Part shown: positions 29,898 through 38,787 of the stretch, piece by piece
Position numbering within the stretch: the first letter of the stretch is position 1
Layout: every line of letters starts with the position of its first letter
NCBI GenBank assembly: GCA_046483005.1
Contig: JAWOEA010000004.1
Span: 23,323-87,322 of the forward strand
DNA from: Candidatus Undinarchaeales archaeon
Lineage (GTDB): Archaea; Undinarchaeota; Undinarchaeia; Undinarchaeales; JALTGF01
Length of the DNA: 64,000 bases
Direction: 5' to 3'
The notes under the pieces: model-generated
What the model was told of the DNA's origin: nothing
The model's database searches: none
Seen by the model: the letters and a program-made list of their open reading frames with translations, nothing else
Position numbers and translations under genes: made by a program

Positions 29898-30109
29898 CTT
29901 GTTTCTATTTTGATGCCTTTGCTTTTAAACATCTTTAAATATGCTTTAAATCCTTTCACTTTAGTAGTATCTAACTCAATTAAAAAAGAATATCCTTCTT
30001 GTTCTCCGTTTTTCTTAAAAATTACATCTGTATAAGCCGTCCAGTTTGCAATTGTTCTTAAAAATACAGGAATGGTTTTGTCATTATGGAAACTTATTTT
30101 TAATTTCAT
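29894..30109 (-). CDS. Small hypothetical protein, possibly ferredoxin/ACT-like fold
   Basis: 71 aa, beta-alpha-beta-beta-alpha-beta pattern ending KSKGIKIE. Confidence 0.55.
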   Translation of the reverse strand: MKLKISFHNDKTIPVFLRTIANWTAYTDVIFKKNGEQEGYSFLIELDTTKVKGFKAYLKMFKSKGIKIETS

Positions 30110-30265
30110 TTTTGGTAAAGCAATAGTACACTTAAGTTTATTTATAATTTTGTTATTTCATAAAAACTGATTTAGAAAACTTTAAAAAGGACAGCAACTA
30201 CTTCATTTCTACCTAGTTCTAGAGTAAAGGAACAGGCAAATAAAGAAAACGGAGGAAATAAAGAA

Positions 30266-30553
30266 ATGGCTGATGTAAAATTTGAAACTCTTAAAGCTGA
30301 GATAGTCGACTTCGGCAACAACAATTTCATTGAAGTTGCAAGAAAGAAAGCTATCACTTCTGATGGATCAAATGAATTTCTTGCAGTAAGCAGAGGCTTC
30401 TATGCACCTGACGGAAGCAAGAGATTCAAGAAAAGCTTCACCATTCCGGATGACGACAAAGTAATTAACTTTATCGTAGACAAGCTTCCAGGAATGCACC
30501 AGGCCGGCGGAGAATCTGCCGAAGAAGACGAATCAGAAGAAAAAGAAGAGTAA
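30266..30553 (+). CDS. Small beta-rich protein with acidic tail (PC4/PUR-like candidate)
   Basis: GGAGG Shine-Dalgarno. Four beta strands then a helix, FLAVSRGFY...KKSFTIP, acidic C-tail. Confidence 0.7.
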   Translation: MADVKFETLKAEIVDFGNNNFIEVARKKAITSDGSNEFLAVSRGFYAPDGSKRFKKSFTIPDDDKVINFIVDKLPGMHQAGGESAEEDESEEKEE

Positions 30554-30675
30554 AAGAAAATAGAGAAATAAGGAAAAGGCGTGGAGCGGAGATGCAGCTG
30601 CGATGAAGGCGTTAAAACTCTAATTAAAATAACTTGCAGTTAAATAGGGACTAATTTTTGCTTTTTAAATTTTTA

Positions 30676-30929
30676 TCAATTTTTATCCCATACTGGGAAT
30701 CCTAAAATTTTCACTTCAATGCCATGGCTTTCTAATTTATCTACAAAGGTTTCAATTGAGTCATTGTCCCCTTTCAATGTACAGATAAGCTCATTGGACG
30801 TTATTGAATAGTCAGTAAGATTCAATTTATCTATTTTGGAATTAACACTTTGATTTTGTCTTCATATTTATCCCAAAATTTAGAATAATCTTTAATTTTC
30901 TTGCTTGTCAGTTTAATTCTGCGTTCCAT
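30676..30929 (-). pseudogene. Frameshifted NIL/ACT-like small gene
   Basis: 254 nt, one short of a whole number of codons. Frame 1 MERRIKL...KIKVLIPK*, continuing in the -1 frame as ...ICTLKGDNDSIETFVDKLESHGIEVKIL. Confidence 0.65.
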
Positions 30930-30941
30930 TTCATTAAATGA

Positions 30942-31566
30942 GTTATTAAATTGAGATATAAATCTTACGGGAGACTAATTTTTATAATTTATATACTTCA
31001 AATCCTTTTTCTTTTAAGAAATCAGCGAGCTTTTCGATGTTCTCGGCTGTTCCTTTAAACATTATGGAACCCATAGAGGATTGACTATACTCAATTCCTT
31101 TTAAATCTAAATTAGGTGACATGGACAGTAAATCAATATATAATGAAGACAGCTCCGACTTTGGAATTTTTTTGTCTAAAACTTCGGATATTTTTTCTTC
31201 CGAAAGATTTTTGATGAGTATATTAAAAGTGGGCCTGTATTCTTCCTCTGAAATATGTTCAAATAATATCTTAAATGCCTCTTTCTTTGATATCCTTTCA
31301 ATTAAAAATGTAAGCAGTATATCTTTTGATTTTTCTGATAAATTTTCAAATAAAGAGAATATTAACTTGTTTGATAACAGTTTGAAGGCATTGGAATCTT
31401 CTTTTTTAATTTCTTCAGAAAGATTTTTTATAATTTTTTTAATAGAATCTTTAGATTCCGGCGGTTTTACCATTAATCGGCTTTTTCTGACCATATATGA
31501 TAAGTTATTAAATTGAAATATAAATCTTACGGGAGAACAATTTTTATAATTTATGTGCTTCAAACC
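30942..31566. repeat. Imperfect ~64-bp direct repeat (30942-31005 and 31503-31566)
   Basis: GTTATTAAATTGARATATAAATCTTACGGGAGA..AATTTTTATAATTTATRTRCTTCAAA in both copies. Confidence 0.9.
30982..31494 (-). CDS. Helical-repeat protein with C-terminal NIL/ACT-like segment
   Basis: Start moved to MVRKSR. Repeats IIKNLSEE/LFENLSEK/LFEHISEE/LIKNLSEE. C-terminus FKGTAENIEKLADFLKEKGFEV. Confidence 0.7.
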   Translation of the reverse strand: MVRKSRLMVKPPESKDSIKKIIKNLSEEIKKEDSNAFKLLSNKLIFSLFENLSEKSKDILLTFLIERISKKEAFKILFEHISEEEYRPTFNILIKNLSEEKISEVLDKKIPKSELSSLYIDLLSMSPNLDLKGIEYSQSSMGSIMFKGTAENIEKLADFLKEKGFEVYKL

Positions 31567-31794
31567 TTACTTCTTGATATCTACTATTTCAAAACCCAAT
31601 TCTTTTAATTCAGTCAATGCTTTTTCGATATGACTCTTTTTCCCTTTAAAATCGCACTCGATTGGACCAGAATCACGAGGATCTGAATTGCCGCCTACTA
31701 AATTCCAATCACAAGCTAACTTATAAAGAACATTTTCAATCAGTATGCTTTTATGAGGGGGCTTAATGAATGCTTTGTAAGTTTTCTCACTCAT
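31567..31794 (-). CDS. Small NIL/ACT-like domain protein (75 aa)
   Basis: Start moved to MSEKTY. CDFKGKKSHIEKALTELKELGFEIV. Confidence 0.7.
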   Translation of the reverse strand: MSEKTYKAFIKPPHKSILIENVLYKLACDWNLVGGNSDPRDSGPIECDFKGKKSHIEKALTELKELGFEIVDIKK

Positions 31795-31873
31795 ATTAAT
31801 TATATCAATTAATTGAAATATAAACCTTTTTGAAAAAGTAAAAATACTACCCAAAATAAAGAAAAAGAGTAAA

Positions 31874-32734
31874 ATGAAAAAATTTGCCGGTTTAATAGAC
31901 CAATTCTCAGACTTTGAAAAAAGCAAGATTGTAATAGCTCAGGCTCCGTATGCCGGAACAGTTAGTTATGGAAAAGGAGCAGAACTTGGACCGGAAGCAA
32001 TTATTGAGGCATCAAAACATCTGGAACTTTTTGATTTGGAGCTTGAAAAAAATTTTGCAGGGGAGCTCGGAATTCATTCATTGAAGCCGTACAAACTTCC
32101 TGAAAAACCGAAATATGCAGTTGAATCTATGTACAAGGAAACTAAAAAATTACTTGAAAAAGATAAATTCGTCATAACTCTTGGTGGAGAGCATACTGTT
32201 TCAGTTGGAGCAGTAAAAGCATATTCAGAAAAATTTGATGATTTATCTGTACTTTATTTAGATGCTCATGCAGACTTAAGAAATGAATTTGAAGGGCAGA
32301 AATACAGCCATGCATGTACATTAAGAAGAATTTCAGAATTCAATAAAAGCTTTGTTCATGTCGGATGCAGGTCTCTGTGTGAGGAAGGTTATGGTAAAAT
32401 TAAAGAAAAGAACTATAACTTCATATGGATGCAGGAAATCAAAGAGAAGGGCTCTCAGATTGGAAAGATTTTGTCTGGATTGCAGGAGAACGTGTATGTA
32501 AGCATAGACATAGATGTTTTAGATCCGGCAGTTATGCCTTCAACAGGAACTCCTGAGTCGGGAGGAATGAACTGGTATGAAATTACTGAAATTTTAAAAG
32601 AAGTTGGCAAGAAAAAGAACATTGTCGGCTTTGATTTGGTTGAACTTGCTCCAAAAGAAGGACTTAAAGCTCCTGATTTTACAGCAGCAAAATTAGTATA
32701 CAAACTACTAGGATACTCCTTGGTTCAGAAATAA
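31874..32734 (+). CDS. speB: Agmatinase
   Basis: GGEHT, DAHADL, SIDIDVLDP, TGTPESGG. Confidence 0.95.
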   Translation: MKKFAGLIDQFSDFEKSKIVIAQAPYAGTVSYGKGAELGPEAIIEASKHLELFDLELEKNFAGELGIHSLKPYKLPEKPKYAVESMYKETKKLLEKDKFVITLGGEHTVSVGAVKAYSEKFDDLSVLYLDAHADLRNEFEGQKYSHACTLRRISEFNKSFVHVGCRSLCEEGYGKIKEKNYNFIWMQEIKEKGSQIGKILSGLQENVYVSIDIDVLDPAVMPSTGTPESGGMNWYEITEILKEVGKKKNIVGFDLVELAPKEGLKAPDFTAAKLVYKLLGYSLVQK

Positions 32735-32736
32735 AT

Positions 32737-33072
32737 TTATTCTTCTACTGCTTCTTCGGTTATTCCAGGAATGAACTGCGCTTCTTCCGGTTCTTCTGAA
32801 GATGCAGCACCTTCAAGTTTTTTAGGAACAGTTACAAGAACTATGTCATCGCATGCCAGAACTTCTCTGTAAGGAATTAAAATTGTTTTTTTAATGTCTT
32901 CTGTTCTTGAAACAGTATCATACAAATAGCTGTTTTTGGACATCTTGACTGCAAAACCATACAAAGAACCTTTTTCAGTGTCCAGCATAGCGTCTTCTAC
33001 TTTACCTACATACTGAGCGTTCCTTGTGAAAACGTCTCTCCCTGAAAGTGTTGTTAGATTAACCACTGTCAT
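32737..33072 (-). CDS. PRC-barrel protein
   Basis: GRDVFT..AQYVGKVED...IPY..V....DIVLV. Confidence 0.9.
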   Translation of the reverse strand: MTVVNLTTLSGRDVFTRNAQYVGKVEDAMLDTEKGSLYGFAVKMSKNSYLYDTVSRTEDIKKTILIPYREVLACDDIVLVTVPKKLEGAASSEEPEEAQFIPGITEEAVEE

Positions 33073-33209
33073 TTTCTCCCTTTGTTGATTAGTTTTTAGG
33101 TTTATATAAGTTTTGTTGATGGTTGACAATTGGTGCTTTGCATTTGATATTGCATTGGTTAGGAAAACCTTTTAAACAGAATACTATTATTAAAATTGGG
33201 TGACTTCAT

Positions 33210-33419
33210 ATGAGTGAGCTAAAAGATAAAGTAGAAGTTGATATAAAAGCCCTCGAAAAAATGCTTGATGTTGCTGTTGAAAAACTTGAGCATGCCGAGG
33301 ATAAAATAATTGTACACGTAAAAGAAGATGTTGTTGGCAGGGCAATCGGCCCCAGTGGTTCTGTTGTCAGAAGTGCTGAAATGGTTTTGGGAACAGCTAT
33401 CGAAGTGAAATCATTATAG
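33210..33419 (+). CDS. Single KH-domain protein
   Basis: VGRAIGPSGSVV (GxxG loop). Confidence 0.8.
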   Translation: MSELKDKVEVDIKALEKMLDVAVEKLEHAEDKIIVHVKEDVVGRAIGPSGSVVRSAEMVLGTAIEVKSL

Positions 33420-33429
33420 ATAAACTAAA

Positions 33430-34056
33430 GTGAAAACGAAAAAGTATCATTTTACTCAGAAAGAAATCTCTCATTTGGCTATTTCTGTTCTTGTAATGTC
33501 ATTTGTTGTTGCTTACAGTATGATTTCCGGTACTGTAAGTGGTTTTATTGAAACAGGAACTGCAATAGTGGTAACTATGCCCGCAAGTTTTGTTATTATT
33601 GCACCTGCTTTTGTTCTGCATGAGCTTGGGCATAAATTAACTTCACAAAGGTTTGGATTCCAGGCAGAATATCGGATGTGGACTCAGGGACTTCTTTTTG
33701 CGCTTTTGATCACGATTATGTCAGGAGGGAGTTTTATTTTTGTTGCTCCTGGCGCAGTCTATTTTGGAGGAGGGACTCGGAAAGCTTCTCTTGAACATAC
33801 TGCAAAAATTGGTATTTCCGGTCCGTTGGTTAATTTGATGCTTGCAGGAGTTTTTGGTTCAATAGCAGTTATTACTTCAGGAACAATTGGAATGATCGGT
33901 TCTTATGGTGCATATGTAAATGCTTGGCTCGCCATTTTTAATTTAATTCCTTTCGGACCATTGGACGGCGAAAAAATTCTAAAATGGAATAAAAAGGTTT
34001 GGGGAGCTGCAATGTTTTTAGGAATTGCCGTGTTTATTGGCTCAATGTTTATTTGA
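33430..34056 (+). CDS. Site-2 protease family (M50) membrane metalloprotease
   Basis: HELGH, GPLVN, FNLIPFGPLDG. Confidence 0.95.
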   Translation: MKTKKYHFTQKEISHLAISVLVMSFVVAYSMISGTVSGFIETGTAIVVTMPASFVIIAPAFVLHELGHKLTSQRFGFQAEYRMWTQGLLFALLITIMSGGSFIFVAPGAVYFGGGTRKASLEHTAKIGISGPLVNLMLAGVFGSIAVITSGTIGMIGSYGAYVNAWLAIFNLIPFGPLDGEKILKWNKKVWGAAMFLGIAVFIGSMFI

Positions 34057-35029
34057 GTTTTTCAGAAAATTTCTGAAGCATCTTTTTTCCTTTGATTTCT
34101 TTTTTGAAAAGTTCAACCTGAATTAAAGTTTGATTTTTGAATTTATCTTTTAATTCTTTCAGTCTTTTTTCCTGTATTTTTCTTCTTTCTTTGCAGAAAC
34201 TGCAGTCCTTATTTTTAGGCTGGATTTGATTAATTATTATTTTTTCGACAGGTATTTTATATTCATTTAATTGTTCAAGGGCTCTTTCCGTTTCGGAAAC
34301 TGCCATTTCCTGCGGGATTGTAACTAGGACAAAGGTTGTCTGTTTTGGATCAGATAGGGCTTTTTTTCCTTTTTCAATTCTCTTCTTCATTTTTTCAAGA
34401 TTCCCCAGCGCCTGTTTTTTCCCATCTTTTTCATTCTTTTCAGTAAAAGGAAGTACTTTTTTGAACATGTCCATTGCATTTGAAAGCTGCATTTTAACTT
34501 TGAGCATTTTGCCTACCCAAGAATCCATTAGTTCAGGTAAAGACAGGAATTTTAAGGTATGCCCTGTTGGTGCAGTATCAAAAACTACATAGTCATATTC
34601 TGAAGTGTCAAGAAATTTGAGAAATAAATCAAAGGCGGCCATTTCATCCATTCCTGGCATTGAACCAAGGTCTGCCATGCCACCCATCATCTGCTCCGGG
34701 TTTAAACCGGGCATCCCTCCTCTCATTGGCATTCCGGGAAACTCAGGAGAGTCCGGAGTTTCTTCTGTTTCTATTTTAGGAGCTTCGAGTTTTTCCTTGA
34801 ATTTTTCCATTTCTTTTTCTGGATTGATTTCAATTGCCCATAAATTTTCAAAGAGTTTCTTTTCTTCGGCGCCTATTTTCTTTTCAAAGGAATCTGAAAG
34901 AGAATGTGCAGGATCGGTACTTACAATTAGAGTTAAGTTGCCGTCATTTGCCAGTTTCAAAGCTGTTGCTGCGGCCGTTGTTGTTTTTCCTACTCCTCCT
35001 TTTCCTCCAAATAAGATGAATTCAGTCAT
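34049..35029 (-). CDS. ArsA/GET3-family ATPase
   Basis: GKGGVGKT, STDPAHSL, DTAPTGHT, Met-rich insert, CxxC. Confidence 0.95.
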   Translation of the reverse strand: MTEFILFGGKGGVGKTTTAAATALKLANDGNLTLIVSTDPAHSLSDSFEKKIGAEEKKLFENLWAIEINPEKEMEKFKEKLEAPKIETEETPDSPEFPGMPMRGGMPGLNPEQMMGGMADLGSMPGMDEMAAFDLFLKFLDTSEYDYVVFDTAPTGHTLKFLSLPELMDSWVGKMLKVKMQLSNAMDMFKKVLPFTEKNEKDGKKQALGNLEKMKKRIEKGKKALSDPKQTTFVLVTIPQEMAVSETERALEQLNEYKIPVEKIIINQIQPKNKDCSFCKERRKIQEKRLKELKDKFKNQTLIQVELFKKEIKGKKMLQKFSEKLK

Positions 35030-35423
35030 TTTTATGTAAGTGCTTTCTTATTTTAAGAAAACCAGACGTATCCTGAGAAACATACCAGGAGATTACTTTA
35101 AATAAATCTGTGTCATAGCGCTTATTTTTTGAGTAATTAATTAATTCTTTTTTGATTTTAGAAGTTGCTCCTTTTTTCAACATCTTGTTCGTTATTATAC
35201 TTTCTTTTTTGAACAAAACCCGATGGACAACTGCTCTTAAAACTCTATTTCTAAAAACCTTTCTCAAATAGAAAATCTTTTTTGGTGCGGAGCCCTCGTA
35301 GTTTTCAAGTATTTCGAGTAATGCCTCATATTCTTTTGCAGCAAAAAAACAGTAGGAAGCAATAAGAGTATTTCCTTTTTCTTTCATTTCTTTTCCTTCT
35401 TCAATACAGTCATTTTTTACCAT
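35022..35423 (-). CDS. Hypothetical protein
   Basis: 133-aa ORF overlapping the ArsA/GET3 start. Confidence 0.6.
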   Translation of the reverse strand: MVKNDCIEEGKEMKEKGNTLIASYCFFAAKEYEALLEILENYEGSAPKKIFYLRKVFRNRVLRAVVHRVLFKKESIITNKMLKKGATSKIKKELINYSKNKRYDTDLFKVISWYVSQDTSGFLKIRKHLHKND

Positions 35424-35478
35424 GTTAATTTCTTGTACCTGAATTTATTTATACTTGATTAAATTACTTTTAAATACT

Positions 35479-36807
35479 ATGGCAATTCATCCGATTGAAT
35501 ACAGGTACAATACTCCTGAAATGTATGGACTTTTTGAAGAAAAAAATATTTTAGAGAAGAGAATGCTTGTTGAAGCTGCTTTAGTTAAAGCCCATTCAAA
35601 AATTGGCAATGTTCCGAAAAAGGCAGCAAAAAAAGTTGAGAAAGTTGCAAAATCAGGGAATGTTAAGCTGAAAAGGGTTAAGGAAATTGAATCAGAAATT
35701 AAGCATGATTTGATGGCAATTGTTAAGGCAATGTCAGAAAAATCAGGCGATGCCGGAAAATATATTCATTTGGGCGCTACTTCATATGACATTATTGATA
35801 CTGCCTGGGCGTTGATTTTTAGAGAGGCTTTGAATTTGATTTTAGATGATTTGAAAAAATTTAAGAAAGTTTTGAAAAAAGGAGCTGAAAACTATAAAGA
35901 GACAGTTATGATTGGAAGAAGCCACGGACAGCACGGCATCCCAATTACGCTTGGTTTTAAATTTGCCAGCTGGTTTGAAGAAAATGAAAGGAATATAGAA
36001 AGGACAGAGGAAGCCCTTGATTTAATTTCAGTCGGACAGTTGACAGGAGCAGTTGGAACGCAAGCATCTCTTGGAGAGAAAGGACTTGAAATTCAAAAAG
36101 AATTTTTATCTGAACTAGATTTGGATGAACCAGGAATTACAACTCAAGTAATTCCAAGAGACAGGCATGCAGAAGTTATTGTTCATCTTGTGTTTATTGC
36201 AGAGGAGTTAGAAAGAATTGCAAAAGAAATTAGAAATTTACAGAGACCAGAAATTCTTGAAATTGAAGAGCCTTTCAAAAAGATGCAGGTTGGCTCTTCT
36301 ACAATGCCACAAAAAAGGAATCCGTATAGGTCGGAAAGAATCTGTGGAATTGCAAGATACTTGAGAGGAAATGTTTTGTCTGCTTTTGAAAACATTCCTT
36401 TAGAGCATGAAAGAGATTTGACTAATTCAAGCAATGAGAGACTGATATTTTCGGAAACATTTATTTTGATGGATTTTATTTTGCGAGAAGCCATTGATAT
36501 TGTTGGAAATTTGAATGTTTATCCTGAAAATATGCAGAAAAATTTGAATTTGACAAAAGGAAGAGTTATGGCTGAAGCAGTTATGATTAAGCTAGTTGAG
36601 AAAGGGCTGGGGAGACAGGAAGCTCATGAGCTTATCAGGAAGAATTCAATGAAAAGTTTCAAAGAAGATAAGCATTTGCTTGATGTTTTGCTTGAAGATA
36701 AAGAAATTAAAGAATATTTGGATGAAAAAGAAATTAAAGAAGTTATGAAACCAGGAAATTATTTAGGTACTGTTAAAAAGCAAATTGAGAAAGCTTTGAA
36801 AGACTGA
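35479..36807 (+). CDS. purB: Adenylosuccinate lyase
   Basis: HLGATSYD, GRSHGQHG, GSSTMPQKRNP, HERDL. Confidence 0.97.
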   Translation: MAIHPIEYRYNTPEMYGLFEEKNILEKRMLVEAALVKAHSKIGNVPKKAAKKVEKVAKSGNVKLKRVKEIESEIKHDLMAIVKAMSEKSGDAGKYIHLGATSYDIIDTAWALIFREALNLILDDLKKFKKVLKKGAENYKETVMIGRSHGQHGIPITLGFKFASWFEENERNIERTEEALDLISVGQLTGAVGTQASLGEKGLEIQKEFLSELDLDEPGITTQVIPRDRHAEVIVHLVFIAEELERIAKEIRNLQRPEILEIEEPFKKMQVGSSTMPQKRNPYRSERICGIARYLRGNVLSAFENIPLEHERDLTNSSNERLIFSETFILMDFILREAIDIVGNLNVYPENMQKNLNLTKGRVMAEAVMIKLVEKGLGRQEAHELIRKNSMKSFKEDKHLLDVLLEDKEIKEYLDEKEIKEVMKPGNYLGTVKKQIEKALKD

Positions 36808-36809
36808 TT

Positions 36810-37403
36810 CTACAGAGTTAAAATATATTTAAAAAAGGCGTATCCAAATGTTGTAAAATAAAAATAATTCACTGTTAAACCAATAAATTCTGATACAAAT
36901 AACTTAATCCAAGGAATTGGAGCCATTTTCTTTGCTATGAAGCCTCTCATAGTATCCCAAACCAATATAGACGCCATTCCTAAAAGAATGAAAGTTGAAT
37001 GGGAGATGTTTGTTCCATATATTCCAAGCAAATGCCTTGTTGTCAAAGTTAAACCTGTTAAAACAATCATATGAGTTACAGCTCCGTTAAATTCATCCGG
37101 TCTTAATTTAATTACAATAAGCATGCAGAGTACAAATAAAGGAATTGTAAAGACGATTCCAAAAACATAAGCATAAACAAACGTTAGGAAATAAAAGCAT
37201 TCAACTCCCATTTTCCAGGAATCGGTTTTTCTTGTTATTAACATTGCAATTAAAGACAGAAACCATATGAATCCTACTTTGAAGTAATACCAGAGAAAAT
37301 TGAAGGCGAGAATAGACAAAACTATTAAAATGACTACACCGATGCCGATTGCAATTGGGCCCGTATGTATGTCAACTTTAAGTTTTTTCTTTTTGTTTTT
37401 CAT
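36810..37403 (-). CDS. Multi-pass membrane protein, paralog 2
   Basis: DSWKMGVE, YAY, RPDE..GA..H.IVLTG shared with the neighbour. Confidence 0.8.
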   Translation of the reverse strand: MKNKKKKLKVDIHTGPIAIGIGVVILIVLSILAFNFLWYYFKVGFIWFLSLIAMLITRKTDSWKMGVECFYFLTFVYAYVFGIVFTIPLFVLCMLIVIKLRPDEFNGAVTHMIVLTGLTLTTRHLLGIYGTNISHSTFILLGMASILVWDTMRGFIAKKMAPIPWIKLFVSEFIGLTVNYFYFTTFGYAFFKYILTL

Positions 37404-37999
37404 AGTAAATTCATGAAAAAGTTTAGAATTTTATAACCGAAAAGAGTTATTATAAAATAATTGATTATAAACTCAAGAGTATGATTTATAACTAATTTTG
37501 GAAGTGGGACAGGGGCCGTTTTCAGGGCTATAATTGTATCGCCTATGAACCATACGACAAGTGTAAATAATGCTGCAAATACGAATTCTGATTGAGATAT
37601 TCCTAAGCCGTAGAGAGAAAAGAAAAACCTTGCTGTTAAAGCTGTTCCCGTTAAAACAATTGAATGGACAAAAGCGCCGCTTCCTTCATCCGGTCTTATT
37701 TTGACTACTATCAAAAGCGCAGTGTACAGAAGAGGGAGAACAAAAAACAAATCAAAAAGATATGCATAAATAAAAGTGAATAAATAGAAAACCTCAAGCC
37801 CCATCTTCCAGGAATCCGGAAGCCTCATTAAAATAAAAAAACCAAGTGAAAGGAACCAAATTGCTAAAATTTTGAAAAACTGAGCAACATAGAAAATACC
37901 TACGAAGGTTGCAAGTAATAAAACTGCAAATCCGGCTACTAATAGAAATAAATTGTTTTTTGATTTAAAAAAATTTGAGAAAATAGTTTTAGTATTCAT
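37400..37999 (-). CDS. Multi-pass membrane protein, paralog 1
   Basis: DSWKMGLE, YAY, RPDE..GA..H.IVLTG. Confidence 0.8.
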   Translation of the reverse strand: MNTKTIFSNFFKSKNNLFLLVAGFAVLLLATFVGIFYVAQFFKILAIWFLSLGFFILMRLPDSWKMGLEVFYLFTFIYAYLFDLFFVLPLLYTALLIVVKIRPDEGSGAFVHSIVLTGTALTARFFFSLYGLGISQSEFVFAALFTLVVWFIGDTIIALKTAPVPLPKLVINHTLEFIINYFIITLFGYKILNFFMNLL

Positions 38000-38439
38000 C
38001 GTTCTTGTACTAATCTTTCAAGTTCAGAGTGTTCTTTTTCTAGGTTGTCAAGTTTTTGGTTAATTAAGGAGAGATATTGTACAACTCTGTCCGACTCTGT
38101 TTTTTGTAAATCTTCTTTTGACTGGATTTGATCAAGTTTGGTTTCAAGAATTTGAAGTCTTTCGCCCAGGTTTCTTAACGATCTGGATAAATCTTCTTTC
38201 GGTTCCGGTGCTTCTTTCGAAGATGGTTTTTCAAATGATTCCTCCTTTTCTTTAAATTCATTTGGTTCTTTTAACTTCTTTTCTGCTGGTGGGTTTGCCT
38301 TTTTTGAAGCTTCTTCTTTAGGAACTGGGTTTGGTCCCGATAAATCTTCTTCAAAATCATCATCTAAATCAGAAAAAGGATCTTCTTCCTCATCCGAAGT
38401 TCTTTTTAAAACTTTTTTTGCTATGTCCCTTATTCCCAT
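37996..38439 (-). CDS. Protein with amphipathic N-terminus, disordered linker and C-terminal coiled coil
   Basis: MGIRDIAKKVLKR, acidic/Pro linker, Leu heptads. Confidence 0.75.
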   Translation of the reverse strand: MGIRDIAKKVLKRTSDEEEDPFSDLDDDFEEDLSGPNPVPKEEASKKANPPAEKKLKEPNEFKEKEESFEKPSSKEAPEPKEDLSRSLRNLGERLQILETKLDQIQSKEDLQKTESDRVVQYLSLINQKLDNLEKEHSELERLVQER

Positions 38440-38485
38440 ATATAGAAAAAGTGCTTAGAAGTATTTATGATTAATGGTAAAATAG

Positions 38486-38737
38486 TTACATTAAAAGAGT
38501 TGCAATATAAATTGAAAAGGAGCTGGAAATTATTGCAATAGCGCCCAGATTTAATTTTAAGGGAATGGGCTCTGCTTTTGATATGAAATATAATGAGAAA
38601 AGGGCTATAAACATGAAGAATAAAGGTGGCATTATCTTATTTGAAAAAAATATAAGCCAGCGGGGTAGTTTGTTATCCTCTACTGCTTTTCTGCTCTTCT
38701 TCTGTTTTTTTGTAGATTTTTTTCTTTTTTTGGCCAT
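38486..38737 (-). CDS. Small two-TM protein with basic N-terminus
   Basis: MAKKRKK start (alternative ATG at 38749), two hydrophobic helices. Confidence 0.65.
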   Translation of the reverse strand: MAKKRKKSTKKQKKSRKAVEDNKLPRWLIFFSNKIMPPLFFMFIALFSLYFISKAEPIPLKLNLGAIAIISSSFSIYIATLLM

Positions 38738-38787
38738 TAAACTCTGCATATAAGTGCTTTCCAGGCTTAAAAATGTTTTGTGAGTGA

